From NCBI GenBank assembly GCA_023231475.1, contig JALJEE010000683.1:1-38292 (forward strand): DNA of 38,292 nt. The letters run 5' to 3'. This stretch comes from Seison nebaliae. Taxonomy: Eukaryota. The translations under genes were made by a program, and so were the position numbers. Below the pieces are notes generated by a model. The model saw only the letters and a program-made list of their open reading frames with translations. It did no database searches and was not told the origin of the DNA. Below, in pieces: positions 1 through 13,500 of the stretch (the stretch's first letter is position 1; every line of letters starts with the position of its first letter).

Positions 1-422
1 AATTTCCTTTTAATAATACTTTTTTCGGTGTAACCGGATTATGTTTTTCGATCTAATTTAAATATCAAAAAATATTTGAAGTTTTACTTATTAAATTTTT
101 GTCAAATTAACCTTCAGTTATTCAAACTATCTAAATTTAAAATTTTGAAAGAAATTTTATTGGAAATAAAAAAAATTAGTTTCAAATATATTTTCCTTAT
201 GCGAGGTTGAAATAATCTCTCAATCAATAACCGATTACAGAACATTCACATATCTTTGTTCAAAAACATTTCAATAATTTTTTACGTTAATTTTATTTTA
301 AAAAAAATTTAAATCAGAAAACGGATACTCACAAAAAATGCTGTATTAACCATACATGTCTATTGATCAGTTAGTACAATTTTCATTTCGGAATGATAAA
401 TTGGTAAAGAGAAATTTTCGAT
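1..422 (+). repeat. Left copy of a ~420-bp dispersed/inverted repeat (may extend beyond the window edge)
   Basis: Base-by-base reverse complement of ~37785-38206, e.g. 'cggtgtaaccggattatgtttttcgatcta' vs 'tagatcgaaaaacataatccggttacaccg'. About 25 differences over ~420 nt by hand alignment. Confidence 0.95.
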
Positions 423-494
423 AATGAATTTTTTGTAAATGAAAAAAAATAATGATTGAATGAAATGTTGAGGTGTTTGTTTGATGATGAAGAA

Positions 495-1496
495 TTATAA
501 TTCGTCATCAAAATAATCCCGTGCACAACGAAATCCAATGTTTGACGATGTCGTATTGATATGACTTTTGGTTCGTGCACCACATCGATATCGATAACAA
601 TAAGATTTATGACAAAGGAATGATCCTCCGCGTTTCACAAATTGATGAGGAAGATTATTGTTCCATATGGATGAGGTCCATTCCCAGACATTTCCTAACA
701 AATCTGAGAAACCTGAAGATGTTTGAGAAAATATTCCAACTGGTGACGTCCAACGATAACCATCTTGTGATCGATGTTCATATGGAAATGTTCCTTCGAA
801 AATATTAAATCGAATTTCACCATTTGGTCTTTCATTGTTTCCCCATGGAAATAATTTATTTCTTTTTCCATCTCGACATACGAATTCCCATTCGAATTCT
901 AACGGAAGACGACCACCATTTGGATATTTCCATTCACAATACTTTTCACCATCTTCAAGTGATATATGAACAACTGGATGATTTAATCGATTGATGATGG
1001 AAGATTGGATTCCCTCCGGTTTATTCCATTGAGCTCCCTCAATACTCGTCCACCATGGCGTTTGTTTTACCTGATAATGGAATTATGTAAATGGGAATAA
1101 TAAGAATAAGACGGGAAATTAAACGATTTTATTAAAAGACGATAAATTCTGTTTAGTTGAATGAACAACTGCATCGACAGTGACAAAAGAGTCTCCAAAA
1201 ATCTCGGCCTAACAAGAGGAGTTAATTGTGAAGGAAAGGAAAATTGAGGAGGAAACTGTCGTTGTATAATTTGTGAATAAAACGAATTGCTCAAATTCGA
1301 AGTTGGAGACGAGTCTCTCTTGTAGACAGAATGGTCGTAATTGTATTTCTCGTTCTGTAAATTCCTCTCGTTCGAGTGGGTTCGTTTGACCGATGAAAGT
1401 TTTAATTGATTTCTCGAAACAAATGAGATGATTGCCTTTGAATTTGGCGGGAATGGAATTGAGAGATATGAAGAAGAGAATTTGTAAACGCAACAT
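495..1496 (-). CDS. SUMF1: Formylglycine-generating enzyme (sulfatase-modifying factor 1), 3 exons
   Basis: Spliced translation gives the FGE motifs VSNFEFEQFV..AEIFGDSFV, PWW..GAQWNKPEG, HPVVHIS, RLPLEFEWEF, FPWG, GNVWEW, RGGSFLCHKSYCYRYRCGAR (catalytic Cys retained) and SNIGFRC. Two introns: gtttcc..ttag and gtttaa..tcag. Hydrophobic N-terminus MLRLQILFFISL. The start codon is inferred. Confidence 0.92.
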
Positions 1497-1803
1497 CGTA
1501 ATCAAGTAACAATGGCAACGAGAAAACATGATGGTTACTTGAAAATTTATTTCGTTTCCTTTCACTCCACTACCACCACTACACACATGAAGTGTAGTGA
1601 AATGAAGCCTCGTCTTCTAAACTTTATCCAAATCATCCACAAACTTAATAAAAGTTAATTAATAGAAATATGAAAAATTCTGAGAATTTGTGAGAAAAGA
1701 GAAAATTAAAAATTTTTCATAAAATATTTTAATCTTATCCCGATAAGAGAATTATAATGATAATTCAATAATTTAATTTAAAAGAAGAAAATGAATGAAT
1801 CGA

Positions 1804-2705
1804 CTAATTATTATTAGATGATGGTTTATCTATCATGGTTTGATGATGAGAACGAATGGTCGAATGTAAAGTATTCCAGAGGAAATAAGATGTGAGTGGA
1901 AGAAGAAGAACAAAGAATAAGATGAGACAGACCAAATGATACCAATGTAAAACACAGGTTCGATTAGTTGGAGTATTAAGAAGTGAATAGGAGAAATTAT
2001 TTCCATTTTTCTTTGTCGTTTTCAAATTGATTGTTATATCTCCATTTTGTGTGATTTCGATCTTCTTCTCTTTCAATTCTCGATCTGTGTCGTCGAGTGA
2101 AATGTCAGATTGACTTGTTCGTTTCTTCAACATTTCCATATGACGAATTGGTGGAATGTTCAACATTCTTTCATTATCACTGAAATATTCATTATCTACT
2201 ATACGTATCGCTTTTCCAGGTATACGATTCGTTGAAATTATTTTATCTTCATTAAATGAATCTGATCTCGATCTCGTTCGCATTTTCTTTCCATTCTATT
2301 TGAAGAAATTGAAAATTTTGTAAATCGAAAGAAATTTCAACTTGAAGTGTCTCATATTTCGTCATTAATTCCTCATGAAGAAATGTTCCACGTTTTGCTG
2401 GAATGAATAAATATTTTAAAGCGAAAACATCATTTTCACGTACCAGACGATTTGCTCTCTTTAATTGTTGAATCTAAATCGAATTGAATTCATCATGGAA
2501 TCGACGAAAGAAAGTAAACGGTGACGGAATATTTGATGGAAAATTTTTGTAAATTATCTTCGTTCGAAAACGGCATAGGAATCAGATCAAACGTCGAATC
2601 ATTGATGGAGGATTCGGATGATGTATTCTGATTGTTGCGATTGTGTAATTGGAATGAGGGAGTGGTGGTTTGTGTATAAGCAATTCCACTCGAATGTGAC
2701 ATCAT
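1804..2705 (-). CDS. LysM-domain membrane protein (LYSMD3/LYSMD4-like), 3 coding exons
   Basis: Splicing joins EDNLQKFSIKYSVT to IQQLKRANRLVRENDVFALKYLFIP, matching the LysM pattern of LYSMD3/4. There is a C-terminal TM helix (LVCLILFFVLLLPLTSYFLW). Introns: gtttac..ttag and gttgaa..atag. Confidence 0.8.
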
Positions 2706-3024
2706 CTCCTTCAACTACTTCGAATAAATTATTTCATTTCATTTTCATCAGAATATTCTGTCTAATTTAAAGGAAGTGGAATGTTAGTCAGAAAAACAGA
2801 TAAATCGAATTGAATGTTCCAGTTCTTCTTGTATTCTCAAATGACGTAGTAAATATAAGAATATTATTTAAAAAATTAATTTCCTTTATTAATTTATTTA
2901 TCAATTCTTTCTTTCATCAATTAGCGAATGATTGTGAATAAATAATCGGCTTCAAAACTCATCCACATATGTTTCCTTCAATTTTTTTTAAGTTTGTGGA
3001 GAAACATCGAAAAATTGTTTAAAT

Positions 3025-3474
3025 ATGAAAAATGACGTTAAATCACTTTCAGAAAAACAGAAGAAGAAAAAGATTTTAAAGAATAAATCATCAATCAAGA
3101 AACAGGAAGATGAAATCGATTTGACTAAATATCTCATATCGCCATCCGAATTGAAAGAGATTCAAGAGAAGAAATTGCAGGAGGATTTAAATGAAGAAGT
3201 TCGGAAAGAAATCCGGCGAAAGAATGTGAAAAAGAAATTGAAAAATTCGAGAACAGAAATTTCATTAAAGTTTTTCTTTGAAAATATTTTATTAATTTTA
3301 TATTTTCTTGTTAGTTCGAGAACTATCGTGAAAAAATTAGATAGAAATATCTCCAACAATATCGTACCATTAAAAGAACAATTGTTGAAAAATGAAAGAT
3401 ATCGACGTTAATTTTCTTTTTATTTCTTTTCTTCAACTTCATTTCGACAATCAGGTGAGAAAACGAGATATTAA
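3025..3474 (+). CDS. Small Lys/Glu-rich hypothetical protein, probably 2-3 exons
   Basis: Charged coding-like ORF interrupted by a 45-nt T-rich gttttt..ttag segment (3270-3314). A second intron at 3407-3454 is possible; otherwise the stop is at 3411. No family recognised. Confidence 0.5.
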
Positions 3475-3813
3475 TATTTTGAATTTTTTCAAAAATAAAA
3501 TTTTTTACCGAATTATTTTTGCTTCATTTAAATTCTCTGATAAATATACTATCGTATTTACTATAATACTATTTATAATATACTATTAACCAGAATTACA
3601 ACTTGTAATAATTAGAATTTATATTAGAATAATAAAGAAATAAATAAACTTTTTCAATTTTTAAGAATTGATTAATATGTCTGAATGTCGATGAGAATTA
3701 TTTAATATTAAATTTTAAAATATTTTATTTTAGTTTTAGAATTTAAGCTCTATACTAAACTTACGTAATATTATCGAGAATCACGAACTGTAATTCAGTC
3801 AATCTATTCAATT

Positions 3814-4950
3814 ATGTTCGGAAACGCTTTCTCAAATCGATGTCAAGCACAAGTGTTCGGTAATGACAAGGGTCAAGTTAATTCTAATAATGTTAATTCT
3901 TCATCTGGACTAATGTTTCAACCACAACAACAACAACAACAACAACAAGTACAACACCAACTACACCATCACCAACACCAACAACAACAACACTTTAATC
4001 TGGGAGGAAATTTAGAAGAATCAAGAAATAATTATGCAGGTATGAACAAATTACCGCCACCACGACCACCACCAATGGCTATAGGTCGTGGTTGTGGACT
4101 ATTTGGAAGTGGACCTGTAGCAAATGTGTGTAGTACTGGGCCTATAGCACCTTTATTCGGAAATGGTGGAGGAGGTCCAGACGCATTTGGATCAGGATTA
4201 GGTCCAACAAACATGTATATGTCTAATCCGGTTGCTGATGAGAGTGAGATAAAAAAAGGTGGATTTGGAATTTCTCAATTTCGATCAAAGAAAAAGAAGG
4301 GAAAGTCATCGAGAGAGAGGAGTATGGAAAGAGATGAAAATAAGAAGGAAACGAAAAAAGCGGAAGAGAAAAAGAATAGTTTGTTTAATACGTCCAGTTT
4401 CGGTTCGAAAGTTGATAATCCGTTTGATGGGGTTGATCGACAAATGACAGGATCAGAATCATCGGACAATGATGAAGATGATTGTTCTATTTCATCATAT
4501 TCGGCATCCAGTTCCGATGAAGACGAATTAGCAAATGTTCAGATATATAAACCAACAGGAGAAGACGAATTGGAAGAATTACCTAATCACTTTTATTATT
4601 CTCCGAAAAAAGAAACAGAAACGAAAAGATTGAGAAATAAAGTGGAAAAAATTCAGTTGAGTCTATTCCGCAAGAGAGGTGATTTGGAGACTGGTTATTG
4701 GGATTTCAAAGGACAGAAATTGAGTTTAGGTTATCTCCAAAAGAAGAATCCAGTCATTTTGAAACGATGTTCTGATTTATGTTGTTCATTATATCGAGAA
4801 CCGTCGAAATTGGTGGCATTAGGAACGAGTCAACCAGTCGCCATGAACAAAGGCGAACAATATCAAGATCTCGAATGTTTCTTATCCTCCTCCACGTCTA
4901 GTATGGAAGAGCGTCTTTATTTTTATGCTAGTTTTTACAACTACTACTAA
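3814..4950 (+). CDS. Intronless 378-aa hypothetical protein: polyQ/H and Gly/FG-rich N-terminus, charged middle, unknown C-terminal domain
   Basis: Long, GC-elevated ORF flanked by very AT-rich spacers. AATAAA follows shortly after the stop. Confidence 0.8.
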   Translation: MFGNAFSNRCQAQVFGNDKGQVNSNNVNSSSGLMFQPQQQQQQQQVQHQLHHHQHQQQQHFNLGGNLEESRNNYAGMNKLPPPRPPPMAIGRGCGLFGSGPVANVCSTGPIAPLFGNGGGGPDAFGSGLGPTNMYMSNPVADESEIKKGGFGISQFRSKKKKGKSSRERSMERDENKKETKKAEEKKNSLFNTSSFGSKVDNPFDGVDRQMTGSESSDNDEDDCSISSYSASSSDEDELANVQIYKPTGEDELEELPNHFYYSPKKETETKRLRNKVEKIQLSLFRKRGDLETGYWDFKGQKLSLGYLQKKNPVILKRCSDLCCSLYREPSKLVALGTSQPVAMNKGEQYQDLECFLSSSTSSMEERLYFYASFYNYY

Positions 4951-5210
4951 TAATTATCCACCACATTAATAGAATTCAATAAATTTTATAGAAATTTTTA
5001 ATTTTATCAAAATTATTTCAAATAATTTTTTCTTCTCCAAAATGATTTTATAATAAATTTCGATTTTTATACTAATACTAATTTATATATATATATATAT
5101 ATACTAATTTTTGAATATATTTAAATCCTCATTAAATTGAATTTTCGATATATTTCCATTTTTATCAAAATGACTTTTTCAATAAATTTATTTATTCTTC
5201 CTAAAATTTC

Positions 5211-6613
5211 TTATTTGATTGCTTGCATTCCCGTGATTGCATGACCGAGAATGAGTGCATGAATATCATTTGTTCCCTCGTAAGTATTCACCGTTTCCAA
5301 ATTGAGCATATGACGGATAACATGATATTCATCGACGATTCCATTCCCGCCCAACATATCGCGACAGTTTCTTGCCGCGTCTAAAGCTTTCCCACAATTA
5401 CTCCTCTTAATCATCGAGATCATTTCTGATGTATGTCTCTTCTCGTCCACCAATCGACCAACACGTAACACAGTTTGTAATCCATAAGAGATGTCCGTCA
5501 ACATATTCGCTAACTTCAATTGAATTAATTGTGTCTGAGCTATCGGTTTCCCAAATTGTATTCGATTCATTGTATAATCTCTTGTAACTAAATAACATTC
5601 TTCAGCCGCACCTAATACACCCCAAGCAATGCCAAATCGTGCGCTATTCAAACAAGCGAATGGAGAAGATAATCCGTTACTTCCCTCCAATAATTGTCCT
5701 TCAGGAATTCGAACATTATCCAGAGCAATCTGTCCAGTTACTGACGTCCTCAATGACATTTTACCATCAATTTTCGGAGTGGTCACACCCTCAAAATTCG
5801 TATCAATAATAAATCCTTTAATTTTATTATCGTGTCTTTTCGATCTCGCCCACACAATCGCCACATCAGCAATCGGTGAATTAGTAATCCAAGATTTCGT
5901 TCCATTCAAAATATATTCCCTTTTTCCTTCATCATAATCCGCTTTCGTTTCCATTCCACCTGGATTACTTCCATGATTCGGTTCAGTCAATCCAAAACAT
6001 CCGATCAATTCTCCTTTCGCTACAACGACAATAGAAAAGAAAAAAGTAAAGGAAAAATATCTTACCAAGTTTCGGTAGATATTTTTCTTTTTGTTCTTCA
6101 TTTCCAAAAACACTAATTGGATACATAACTAACGATGATTGAACGCTCATCATACTTCGATAACCGCTATCTATTCTAAAAGAGATTTTTGAAAAATGCA
6201 CAAAAAGTGCACAAAAATTTTTTTTGAAAAAAAACCTTTCTATCTCTTTCGCCAACAGACCGTAAGTCACATTATTCGTTCCTGCACATCCGTAACCGTT
6301 TATACTACATCCTAACACGCCCACACTTCCCAATTCTTTCATTATATTCTTATCATGTTTCTCGTGACGGAACGATTGGAGGACTCGTGGTCGAAGTTGT
6401 TCATCGCAGAATGTACGAAACTCATCACGAATTAATCGTTCGTCTTCATTCAATTGTTCATCGAACAGAAAAACATCGTCATATTTGAATGTTGAATTGG
6501 GACGAATGGAACAAATTGAGGATAATTTGACTAAATAATTTTAAAATTTCTCATTTCCGAATAGATAAAATCGAACCATTCGATAAAAGACGTTTGGAGA
6601 AGTGTTTCAACAT
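5211..6613 (-). CDS. GCDH: Glutaryl-CoA dehydrogenase, mitochondrial, 4 exons
   Basis: Motifs: [108 protein letters not shown]. Presequence-like start [11 protein letters not shown]. Introns: gttcga..ttag, gttttt..ttag, gtaaga..gtag. Confidence 0.96.
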
Positions 6614-6775
6614 TTTTTATTTTCCTCTACTCAAAACACCATCGGAGTCAGTGGACCTTAAGATTTGAAATTGAATAAAGAATTTTTTTAATTTTTTTTC
6701 ATTCCGTGTCATGTCCTAGTGGGAAATGTTCGAATTTAATTAAAAGCTTTTCTCAGACTCTTTTTCTCCCCGATA

Positions 6776-7439
6776 ATGATGAAAGAGTATTTTGTATGGA
6801 TTGATCTAGAAATGACGGGATTGGATCCTACTCAGGACAAGATCATGGAATTAGCCATTTGTGTCACTACTCCCGAACTAGAGAGTCTAACCAAAAGTTC
6901 TTTAAACTTTAAAATTTTCTTAATAATTTTATTAATAAAAAAAATTTTTTTAAATTTAAAATTAAAAAGTTGAAAATTTCGTCATTCGAATCGAGGAACG
7001 AGATGTTCGTCTAATGAACAATTTCGTGAGGAAAATGCACGATAAGTCCAATTTAACAAATGAATGTCTGGGACGAGTACCTGCAGTGAAAACTTACGAT
7101 TTATTAGAAGTGGAACGAGTTAAGTAAATTTACTTTCATTCTTTTCAAAAGAAATTAAATTCTTTTTAGATTTGTTGTCGAATTTTAAGTCAATATTCCG
7201 AACATCGTCTTTATATTGCTGGTAATTCGGTTTATATGGACAAATATTTCTTGGAAGTTCATTGTCCCAAATTGAATTCGATGCTACATTATCGCATCAT
7301 CGACGTGTCGACAATGAAGACGTTGTTGACGGCTTGGAAAGGAACGAAACGTTTCCACAAACAAAGTGCACATCGCGCTGCACAAGATATTGACGAATCG
7401 TTATCGGAGCTGAGATATTTCAAGCAATTAATTTCTTAA
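6776..7439 (+). CDS. REXO2: Oligoribonuclease (Orn/REXO2, DEDDh exonuclease), 3 exons
   Basis: Motifs: VWIDLEMTGLD, IAGNSVYMDKYFL, LHYRIIDVST, HRAAQDIDESLSELRYFK. Introns: gttctt..aaag and gttaag..ttag. Confidence 0.93.
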
Positions 7440-7604
7440 AAATTTTATGAAACACGAACACTGTTTCAACGAACTTCGCCAATCAACAAATAATGAAACG
7501 ATTGAAGATGAAAGAGTATTATTGTTAAATAATTAGAAAATTTTATGATAATGGTGATGACTTTTTGTTGAGTTAAAGTCTGTTGAGCTTATGATTAAAA
7601 TCCA

Positions 7605-8980
7605 TTAAAATTTTATTTTACAAATTCTTTCATTAATGTCAAATGAACTGGGGCGTTTGTAAAGATAGAGCCGACGAATGCTTTCGTTCCCCATCGATGA
7701 TGTGAGAGGACACGACAACAACCCAGATCTTCGATTTCGAATCCAAAATGACGATATAATTCATCCGTTTCAAATAATTGAATTGCACCGACATGTCCAT
7801 TAAACTAATGAGAGGAAAGTGTAATTGGAATGAGGAGAAGAGAAAGAAACAGGTTGACCGGATGTCGGATCGATGAAGTCGGCCCAATAACCCATTGTTC
7901 GTAGCGAAGTGACAACTTCATTCGCCAAATGAACAAACTATTAAGAAAAGAGAGAGAGAGAGAGAGAGAGAGTGAAAAGATAAAGATGTAATGGAGGAGA
8001 AGAGGAGAAACAAAACTTTATCAGTTAGAAGAAGTCGTTCATCTTCCATTTCTAATGACCATTGCATTTGATCATATTCACTCTTTTGTGAGACGGTTAT
8101 TACCGAGATGTCTAATTTCTTCTTGTGATCGATCGCCTCATAATCGATGAGATTCATCTGAATATCTTTCAAATCCGGAAATAATAATAATAAATCTCGT
8201 CGAATTAATTGAGGACACTTAGTCAATTTGAACTCATATGGTCCCAACAATTCCGTATTGATTTCCGTCTGATTTAAATGGATTTTGTTCGAAACAAATG
8301 AAAATTATGGACGAAAACAAATTAACATTATTCATTATTATAGGAGCTATGTTACCGGGCAAAGGAAATTGTCGTATATTCGTGTCCCATTCTAATGGTA
8401 GACGGTTGTTGTCGTATTGTTGCCAAATTGCGGATGATGTTGGTCGATTTGTTGCGATTGATCGAACGTGACGAATGAAGATCGTACGACGACTCGACCA
8501 TAAACCCAACTAGACTCGAAGAGGAAATGTTGAAATTTCATTTAATTAAGAGAAATGAGAAGGGAAAAAAGAAGACTATTCTCCTCCTGAGACGAACGAA
8601 CTTACCAGACTAGAGAGATAAAAAATTTTTTGTTTATGATAATCGGTGAATGGATCCTTTCCCTCTCAATCTCTCCCTCATCACAATCTCATTATTCCTC
8701 TCATTATATAATAATATCAATAGTCAATGGAAATTAATGCGTATAAATAATTTTTTTTTCTTCACCTCTCTCAAGTCTTCTTTCTCCTCATTACGATGTT
8801 CGTTCTGAGTAATTTAAATAAAATTCTTTTCTCCTTTCTCAACTCTGAATATGTATTAATAGATGGTCAACCCGAGTAATCATAGGATGTCTCTCGAACG
8901 ATTTCTGTGAGGGAGAAGAAAAATAAAAAGAATTTCATTAGACGAAGCGAACGAACACGTACATAAGAGGAGATGAGCAT
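7605..8980 (-). CDS. MMADHC: Cobalamin trafficking protein CblD; 5' exons upstream of 8509 are tentative
   Basis: Spliced translation gives [86 protein letters not shown]. Stop TAA at 7605-7607. Putative N-terminus [25 protein letters not shown]. Confidence 0.9.
7950..7972. repeat. (GA)n microsatellite in an MMADHC intron
   Basis: Direct reading of the sequence. Confidence 0.9.
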
Positions 8981-9532
8981 CCTCGTTGCACGAGATGGAG
9001 AAGATGAGATAAATAGAGTTCAACTTAATCTCTCTTCCGTCGATGGAAGAAGGAAGCGTTTCTACACGATCTCCTCACATATTTTTCAACGTCGTTTCTA
9101 TTCAGATTTTGTATATAAGAATTTGAGGAAAGATTCGAAGTCATCCACTCGAATATGAGTGGGCTACATGTGGACTGTGTGAAATGAGGGGGGGAAAGAA
9201 GCGTTGAACAAATAAGTATAATTTAGAAGGATCGAAAAGAAATGTTGTTTACTTCTTTATTTATCAACTATTTCTCATCTCTACTACTAATTCGTTGAAG
9301 GTTCAACGAGTGCAATCGACATCTCATGCATTATCTTTGGACATTATATTCCAAATTATTCTCATCTCTCCCTTACCATACTCTCCCAGTATCAGTTTAA
9401 TGTAAAGATAATTCTTTTTCTGTATCTTTTTCACATGCAATTCTCCCTCGAATGATCCAATATTATAGGAGATATATATTATGTAATTACATTGGCGCAC
9501 GTGTCTTTTATAAATGCACGTATTATTGTATC

Positions 9533-9565
<33 letters not shown>

Positions 9566-9574
9566 GTGTGTGTG
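9533..9574. repeat. (TG)n microsatellite in the ~1.6-kb MMADHC/GRAF divergent intergenic region
   Basis: Direct reading; interrupted twice by TA. Confidence 0.9.
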
Positions 9575-10593
9575 AGATTTGCAAGAGAGTTAAGAATTAA
9601 ATGTAAATGAATTTGAATATTTGAGGTGAACATTAAAGAATGCAGTTCTTCTCCTCATCTGCCTAATCGTCCGACTGGAGTGGTCATATATCACTCATAA
9701 CATCAATTACTTCCCCTCCACACATACACACACAATTCGTGAAAGAAGAGAAAATTCACATTTCCTTCATTTCTTCACATTATCATCAAGAATATCATCT
9801 ATCTTTGGGGATGTTGTTCTGAATGTAAATAAAATTCATCTCGTCTACTTCCAATCCGACATGAGGAACGATAGTGAAAATGAGATAATAATAAACAATA
9901 AATAAATACATATACACACACACGAAAGCACGAAGCAGCCCATAGACAAGAAAGATTTTATGTAGAAATAAAAGACAGTTAATATTGGAATATGCATGTA
10001 CGTTTACAGATCGAACGATGAATGAGAATGCAAATGAGAGATAAAGAAAATAGAATTCACTTAAAACAATTTCGATCGTGTTAGTTGGAAGGGAGGGGAT
10101 GTAATATTGACTGTTTGTTACGAGAAAAACATTTCATTTTTCAAATAAATTATGAGCTAATCGATTGAATTGGCTAGTCGTAATAGTAAATATGTTGATC
10201 TGGTATATGGCGCGTCAGAATTCATGTAAACGCATCCTCACCCCGCCAATAGGCAATCGTGAAGATTTGTGAAGAATTATTTATGGAATAAATTATCTTC
10301 CTGATCTGTTGATAGAGAGAAAAGGGCAGAGATATGCAAACTCACATTATCTGCTCCTCCGTTCGGGATAGATCGCCAAATATTTATTTATAATTACCAA
10401 AACAATTTCAACTTTCCTTTTTTTTTTTTTCGTCTCCATTTATTCATTCAATTCATTAACTATATTTAATCAGATATGAGTCTCCTTCATTAATTAATCT
10501 TCATTCCATTAATATCCTTCACTCGATTCTGATATCACATTTCGAGATCATCATCCACTCCACATTAATACTCCATTCTCAACCATCATCAAC

Positions 10594-13500
10594 ATGGTAT
10601 TGACATCATTGCAACCTTTGGAATTTAGTGACGCTCTCTCCGATTCACCATTATTCCGAGAGCGTCTCCACGAACATGAACTGGAACTCAATCGAACGAG
10701 CAGTTCCATCAAACTCTTAATAAAACGATGTTACGAAGTGATCGATCAACAAAAGAGTTTCATATTATTTACAATTCTCATTCTCATTTCATCCTCATTC
10801 AAAAGATCTATCGAAAGCTTTCATCAATTTATCAAAACAATTAAATAATTTCGATTATCGAACTATCGGTAACGCCGTCGATACTGACGATGAAATTGTC
10901 ATTCGTTTCTTTTTCTTTCCCCATTAAAACGAACTCATAAATTAATTGAAAGGTGATTCATTCGAGAGATTTGCCAATCTCATCGAAAACATTGAGAAGA
11001 AACGAAGTTTTCAAGTTTATTTTAATTGAAATTTTCAAATCTCCTTCAAATCTCTTTCAAAGATCGAATTAGCTCGATATTATTTACAACGAATGGAATT
11101 CTTCCGTAAAGAGGATATCGGAGCTGTCAAAGTTTCTAATTCTTCTCATTTTCCTCAATTTTCTCTCTCAATTGCCCCTCCTCCATATTAAAGGAACATA
11201 AGAAGAAGTTCGATAAGGAAACGCAGAAATATTACAATTTTATGGAGAAAAAACTCGCTTTCTCCACGAAAAAAACTACAGGACAAACATTTTCTGAAGT
11301 TTCTTTCAATTTTCTCCATAAATTATTACCAAGTGATTATTAGTGTGATTCGGAATTCGATATTCAACAAGCGAAATATAAGAAATTGAAATATGATTAT
11401 GTGTTCGATTTGCAGAAAGTTCAGGAGAAAAAAAAATTTCAATTTGTTGAAGAAGTTCCTCTCGAATTTCATCATTTCATTCATCATCTTTTTCATTAGT
11501 TGTTGCTTCATTTGAATGCATGGATGTTATTCTATCATCAGGGCTATGAAGTGTATCAAGATACGACGGATTATATCAGTCAATTAAGTCAACGACTTTC
11601 GAAAGTTCCATTCATATTTTTCCATTTAATTAATTATGATAATGATAAATTAATTATTAAGTGTCGAAATAATTTCCAATGTTTAGCAGACGAAGGAACT
11701 AGTCTCATCCAACGATTAACATCACCAAATGGTGAAGCAATGTTAGAAGAAACCACACCAAAACGAAGTTATTATGATCATGATGGATATCTGTTCGTCG
11801 CTGGTAAACGTTAAAATTTCTCCTTTTCATCATTCCATTTTCATTCCATTTTCATTCCATCAATCAGGAACGTTCAATACGACGTGGCAGAAACATTACT
11901 GTACATATAATTCAACTACACATCGACTTTGTATGTTCCCTTACACCGGACATACTGGATCGAAAGCGGTTAGAAAAATTTCCATTCACTTTCCATTCAA
12001 AACCATCTTTTCAGCCCACCACCAGAGAAGAATGGACGATATCAAGTGCATTCGAGAAATCGAATGAAGCGATCGATCGACGTTTCTGTATCGAACTTCA
12101 ATGTGTGCCAGTGGGAGCAGCTTCGTCTGTAAATATCACTCAAAATAATACGGTCTCGTCCGAAGTCACTTCCAATAAGAAAAGTTCTGGTGTTGCTGCT
12201 TCCATCATGCATTTCGGACAACAAATGGTTAATCGCGTTCCTAATGATTCAGGATCATCATTGTCATTATCTGCACAAAATTCTACACAGCAATCAGTAG
12301 GCGGTACTCATGGAAGTGCCAGTTTAATTGGAAGCGCTGCCGGTTTTTCCGCAACTCCTTCCGATTCCACCAATTCCCAGAACATCCAATATATCATCGT
12401 TCAAGCTGTTACATTGAAAGAAATGCAGAGATGGATACAATTGATGGGTGGAACGGTGAACGAACAAAACAGGAATCGAAACGGATATTCTCACATGACA
12501 ACGACTCAATTCAATTTGAATGAAATTGGAATGAAATTCCTCAAGGAATGTATCTACGTCATCGAAGAACAATATATCGAGGAACCGGGCATCTATCGTA
12601 AGAATGGTGTGAAACCACAAATTGAAAAATTTGTAAAATTTCGTTTAGTAAAAATTTTTAAATTTTCAAATTTTCAAATTTCCATCATCTCCACCAGATT
12701 TGTTGGATGAGAAAGATGAGAAGAGGAAAATGCAGATAAATTTGAAATCAAACAATGAGGATTGTCTCATTGATATTTCGACGACGGATGTTAAAACGAT
12801 CACTAGTGGAATCAAATATTATCTGAGACATTTGAAGGAACCGTTAGTGACGGCAGCCAATTACCAGAAATTGATAGCGGCCATCCAATTGAATAAGCAA
12901 AAAGATCGATTGAAAACGGTTCATGAGATTCTCATGAAATTACCGAACGATAATTTAGAAACGATAAAAATGATATTTTCCCATTTGTATGAAGTATCAC
13001 TACATTCGAATAATCAAATGCATGTGGCCAATTTGAGTATTTGTTTCGGACCGACCATTTTATGGCCGCAACAGGAAACAGTGAAATCGTTGATGAATAT
13101 AAAATTTTGTAATTTCTTTGTAGAAATGATGATAACATTCGCCAAACGACTTTGTCTTCCTCAACTCTATTTGGACGATATCGAAGATGTCGCTCTAATC
13201 AGTGTGAGAAGTGAAGACGATCCGTCAGCTCCGTTGGAAGCGTCGTTACCGATTTTGGCACCGACATTAGTCGATCAGAGGAATCGTGAGAATAACACGA
13301 AAATTGAAGTTGGTTAGTGAATAATTTATCAGTTTCTTTTTTTTTTGAGAGAGAGACTTCCAATTGAAGTGAAATTTGAAAAAATATGTTTCCAATCGAT
13401 AATCGATATTTATTGATCAACTGATTAATTTTCAAAAAGGTAATTCGGAATACGTTAGTACGTTAAAGAAGAATGACGGACGATCATTGTCAATGAATAA

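Noticed and set aside
8973..10590. Short ORFs and CCAAT/GC-box-like words in the long intergenic region
   Set aside because: The ORFs are microsatellite-driven or featureless, and motifs this short cannot be supported without TSS data.
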